The notes beneath the pieces are model-generated. The model searched no databases. It saw nothing but the letters and a program-made list of their open reading frames with translations, and was not told the origin of the DNA. Below are positions 60,437 through 64,000 of a DNA stretch of 64,000 nucleotides, in pieces; position 1 is the stretch's first letter; every line of letters starts with the position of its first letter. The stretch lies in assembly GCF_009914755.1 (NCBI RefSeq), contig NC_060934.1, one strand, 5' to 3'. Origin of the DNA: the human T2T-CHM13v2.0 reference genome, Homo sapiens. Made by a program: the position numbers and the translations under genes.

Positions 60437-61298
60437 AAGAGAACAAAAATAAGCTGTAATATTCCCATTGAAAAATACTTAATGTGTATCCACCTACATG
60501 ATTTTCCTATACAAATGTGTATGTTTGGAGTTTTTAGGACTTTTAAAAAATTATTTTTTTAACTTTTATGTTCAGGGATACATGTGCAGGTTTGTTATAT
60601 AGGTATGCTTATTACCTGGGTGACTAAATAATTTGTACATCTCCTGCCATGACATGAAATTTACTCATGAAACAAACCTGCACATATACCCCTGAACTTA
60701 AAATAAAAGTTGGAAAGAAAAAGATGAAAAAGAATGGTTCAAATATGATGAAAGACATGAATCTACAAATACAAGAAACTTGAAGATCTGCAGAGAGAAT
60801 ACACTGAAAAAGACCCAGACCCACATACATTATAATCAAACTCTCAAAAGCCAAAGACAAGGAGATCATTTGAAAAGCCGCAAGAGAAACATAACTCATG
60901 AGGTACAAGGAATTCTGGATGAAGTTATCAGGAGATTTCTTATCAGACACCTTGGAGGGCATATGAGATTATATATATTTTTTAATTGGTAAAAGAAAAA
61001 AGAAAACTTGCCAACCAAGAATTCTGTATCTGACAAAAATGACCTTCAGAAATTGGGAAGTTATAAAGACAATGTGATATAAACAAAAGCTGACAGAGCT
61101 CATTGCCACTAGAACTACTCTACACGAAATGCTTAAGGGAGTAATTCACTATGAAATAAAAGAATGTTAGATTAGATGGTTATGTAAAGTCGTATCAAGT
61201 ATAAAGACCTCTCATCAAGGTAAATATGGGACAAAATACAAAAACATGTATTTTTGAAAGTTTTGTTTATACTAGCTTTCTGTTCAAGTTTTAAAATT

Positions 61299-61634
<336 letters not shown>

Positions 61635-61984
61635 TTAACATGTACACAATGTATGAGGTTGTAATTAGTGACATCAGTAATGTGAAGTTGAGAGAAACAC
61701 AGATGTGGAAAAGGGGAATTTATGTACAGAATTAAATGTGTATTGATTTCAAAGGAGATTTTATAACTCTAGGATGTTTTATGTCATTTTCATGGTAACC
61801 ACAAAGAAAACAATTATAGAATATACACAAGTGAAAATGAGAGGGAAATCCAAGTGTCCCTAAAAATCAATCAGTGACACACACAAAAAAATGTTAGTAA
61901 TGGAGGATATGAAGAACAAAATGCTATAGACATACAGGAAAAGAAAAATATTAAAATGCAAAATTAAGTTGCTGTCACTAATTA

Positions 61985-62315
61985 TAGTTATCTGTCATTT
62001 AATGATAAGAATACATTCTGAGAAATGCATTTTTAGGCAATTCAAGCATCATGTGAACACCATAGAGTGAACTTACATGAATCTAAATGGTATATTCTAC
62101 TATAGGCTTTCTGGTCTAGACCATTGCCTGTAGGCTATAAACAGTAGAGTGCAGCATGTTCCTCTACTGAATACTATAAGGCAATTGTAACACAATGGTA
62201 TTTGTGTACATAAACATATAAAAGGAGCAGTAATAGGTTTTGTAATCTTATAAATCCACTGTTGTATATATGGTCAATCATTGACCAAAATGTTGTTATG
62301 CAGCACATGAATGTA
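61985..62315. mobile_element. Tigger3a/MER7-like element, uninterrupted
   Basis: acattctgagaaatgc...gaccaaaatgttgttatgcagcacatga. Confidence 0.8.
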
Positions 62316-62575
62316 CTTTAAATGTAAATGGATTAAACCCCCACACCAAAAGGCAGATCAATTTGCAAAATGGATTAAAAGAAACAAGATCCAACTATAT
62401 ACTCAGCACTAGAAACTCAGTTTGCATCTATAGATGTGACTAGTATGAAAGTGAAAGACGGAAACAGATATTCTATAAAAACAGTGACAAAAAAGAGCTG
62501 TGGTGGCTATACTAGGACCAGGAAAAATAAAATTTAGTCAAAAACTGTGATAAGATATAGACAACATATTATATA

Positions 62576-62984
62576 CAAGCATATCTCAGAGATATTGCAA
62601 GTTCAATTCTAGACTACTGCAATGCAGCAAATATGACAATAAAATGAGTCACACAAATATTTAGATTTCCCAGTACATATAAAGTTATGTTTACACTATA
62701 CTGTCATATATTTAGTGTGCAATAGCATTACAGCTAAAGAAAAAAATATGCATGCATTTGTTAAAAATATTTTATTTCTGAGAAATGCCAATAGTCATCT
62801 GAACCTTCAGCAGGTCATAATCTTGTTGATAGTGGAGGTTTTAGATATGATGTCAATGCCTCCTGACTGACCAGGGTGGTGGTTACTAACGGGTGAGGTG
62901 GCTGTGGTCATTTATTTAAAATAAAATAAAATAAAATAAAGTTTGCTGCATTGATTGAGTCTTTCATGTGAGATTTCCTCTTTC

Positions 62985-62985
<1 letters not shown>
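62576..62985 (-). mobile_element. Tigger1 terminal fragment
   Basis: caagcatatctcagagatattgc start; aligns with 23227-23600. Confidence 0.8.

Positions 62986-62988
<3 letters not shown>

Positions 62989-63031
<43 letters not shown>
62989..63031. repeat. (CA)n microsatellite (~21 units) at an MLT2 LTR remnant
   Basis: Directly visible; followed by the LTR end and ERVL-int to ~63518. Confidence 0.95.
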
Positions 63032-63034
<3 letters not shown>

Positions 63035-64000
63035 TATGTTTTGTTTCTTGGGACAACCCTGACTAATATAGATTTTGGTATCTGGAGCAGTTCTAGAGGA
63101 ATAGAATTTTGAGTTTCCTGAATTGGTTTTGGGGTTTCTGGCATTGTCAGTCTAATCAGATTAGACTTGAAAATGCGAAGGACTTTATTTCCAATAATGA
63201 AGAGAGCACTGATAGTCCATGATATGAAGTATTTATAGAGTGCACAAAACATCTGCATTGATACTCTACTTAACAACTTAAAAGAGGCAAAAAAAATAGT
63301 GACTCTGTATGTGATACTTTCAAACATTTGTGGAAAACTAAGAATAGAATGATGTTGGTTAGTTGCACCTCATATTGCTGGAAAGAGGAAGAAAAAAAAG
63401 GGTGAGCTCAGGAATTCAAAATCCTGGATTAAGCACACATGACCTAAGAGCTTCTAGGTGTGCGCTGAGTGAGAATCCTATGTCTTACAGCCACAGGGCT
63501 GAAATTGCTGAAAATCAAATGCAAGTGACACCAAAAGCACAGTCAACAGAGGAAAACATAGATGAATGAGACTTCATAAATTAAAACATTTTTGCATCAA
63601 AAGAGACTACTAAGCATCAGAAAGCAACCTATAGAATGGGATAAAAATATTTAGTTGCAAGTCATATTTCTGATGAAGCTGAATACCATGAAATTTCCTG
63701 GCAGATGCCCAGCACTCTCAACTTCATCCCAAGCTGCCTTTACTCAGCTGCCAAGACACTTCTTGGTGTCTTCAGACTTCTGTGTGAAGTTTCTCCAGAG
63801 TTAAACCCTGCATGTACCCCTAACTTGATGTAAAATTTGGATTATGATATCTTCTGATTGTACACAGATCAGACTTCCTGTTCTATCATGATTTCCCTTC
63901 TCTCCTGAATTCAGAATATTTTCTGACAGTCTTTGGATTTATACTTTGATCTAATCCTGGTGACTCCCAACTAGACTAATTGGAAATGCTACAACTGGTG

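Overview
Human (primate) genomic DNA from the AKR1C gene cluster, recognised from the encoded protein. Bases 36-12.7k hold the last five exons (5-9) of AKR1C4 on the + strand; intron 5 carries a sense ARL4A processed pseudogene and a full THE1 provirus. The remaining ~51 kb is TE-dense intergenic DNA. It has three full-length + strand L1s of different ages (L1PA3/4-like, L1PA7/8-like, L1HS Ta-1nd) and a 5'-truncated L1PA. It also has Hsmar1, Tigger1, two Tigger3a copies, MER6, several LTRs, Alus and a 42-bp minisatellite. Best observations: (1) two full-length L1s each carry ~240 bp of foreign sequence inside their target-site duplications (apparent 5' transductions), one of which split an Hsmar1 TIR; (2) each of the two ORF2 lesions of the young L1HS is mirrored at the same position in a neighbouring older L1; (3) an orphan AKR1C exon-8 relic lies upstream of an ancient duplicate of the AKR1C4 downstream TE mosaic; (4) a ~250-bp inverted duplication lies just upstream of AKR1C4 exon 8. 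No wholly new gene system is evident. Repeat subfamily calls come from remembered consensus features, not a database search.
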